Shown: positions 63,707-64,000 of the stretch, one piece after another
Layout of the letters: each line of letters starts with the position of its first letter
How positions within the stretch are numbered: the first letter of the stretch is position 1
NCBI GenBank assembly: GCA_951406725.2
Contig: OX597818.1
Location: 128,154,001 to 128,218,000, forward strand
DNA length: 64,000 bases
Origin: Octopus vulgaris
Lineage: Eukaryota
Direction of reading: 5' to 3'
Notes under the pieces: generated by a model
Database searches by the model: none
What the model was told of the DNA's origin: nothing
What the model saw: only the letters and a program-made list of their open reading frames with translations
Position numbers and translations under genes: made by a program

Positions 63707-63945
63707 TGTGTACAGTGCTCAGGTGCACTACAACTCATCTAAAGTGTATATATAATCAGGTGTAGTTTCGGCGGATTTCGGAAAGCACGAGGGCCTTAAA
63801 GGATGCAGTGTCATGGCAGTCAACAACTGACGCAGGCAGTTTATTCCATGCTTCAGCAACTCTGAGCGTGAAAAAATGTTTCCGAAAGTCATGGGAGCTG
63901 TGTTGTTTTCTGACTTTGTAGGCATGTCCACGTGTGTTTGCCATG
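63673..63945 (-). mobile_element. CR1-clade LINE 3' end with (ATT)n tail
   Basis: NTRGHAYKV...RKHFFTLRVAEAWNKLPASVV...SFK, the CR1 ORF2 C-terminal signature, followed by a simple-repeat tail. Confidence 0.85.
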
Positions 63946-64000
63946 CCAGATAAGATTGCTCAGGAAAACAGGGGCACAGGTTAGAAATTATGACCTCATG

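Overview
AT-rich, repeat-dense, intron-rich eukaryotic DNA. It is most likely octopus/coleoid cephalopod, inferred from the SINE families. The window is dominated by the 5' part of a plus-strand NOL9/Grc3 polynucleotide 5'-kinase gene. Its exons are 7982/8159-9318, 42863-43392, 52190-52274, 57603-57700 and 60130-60163; all splice phases are compatible and the gene continues beyond the window. The ~33.5 kb intron after the first coding exon contains, on the same strand, an intronless SENP1-like SUMO protease ORF (Ulp1/peptidase C48) with intact catalytic residues and an unusual 435-aa C-terminal extension. The phase-2 donor of the Lys-rich/acidic NOL9 N-terminal exon (9318) fits both the NOL9 acceptor (42863) and a phase-2 acceptor at the front of the SENP ORF (26707). 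One locus could therefore make either a NOL9 kinase or a SUMO protease behind the same N-terminus. This is notable because NOL9 and SENP3 are partners in the mammalian rixosome. Other observations: a probable divergent spliced gene encoding a 97-aa unknown protein, a TATA/Inr promoter, a candidate recursive splice site, a minimal hammerhead ribozyme, a G:U-biased hairpin, fold-back elements, mariner/maT relics, TTAA MITEs, RTE and CR1 LINE fragments, and several SINE families. All splice models are read from sequence and are not confirmed by expression data.
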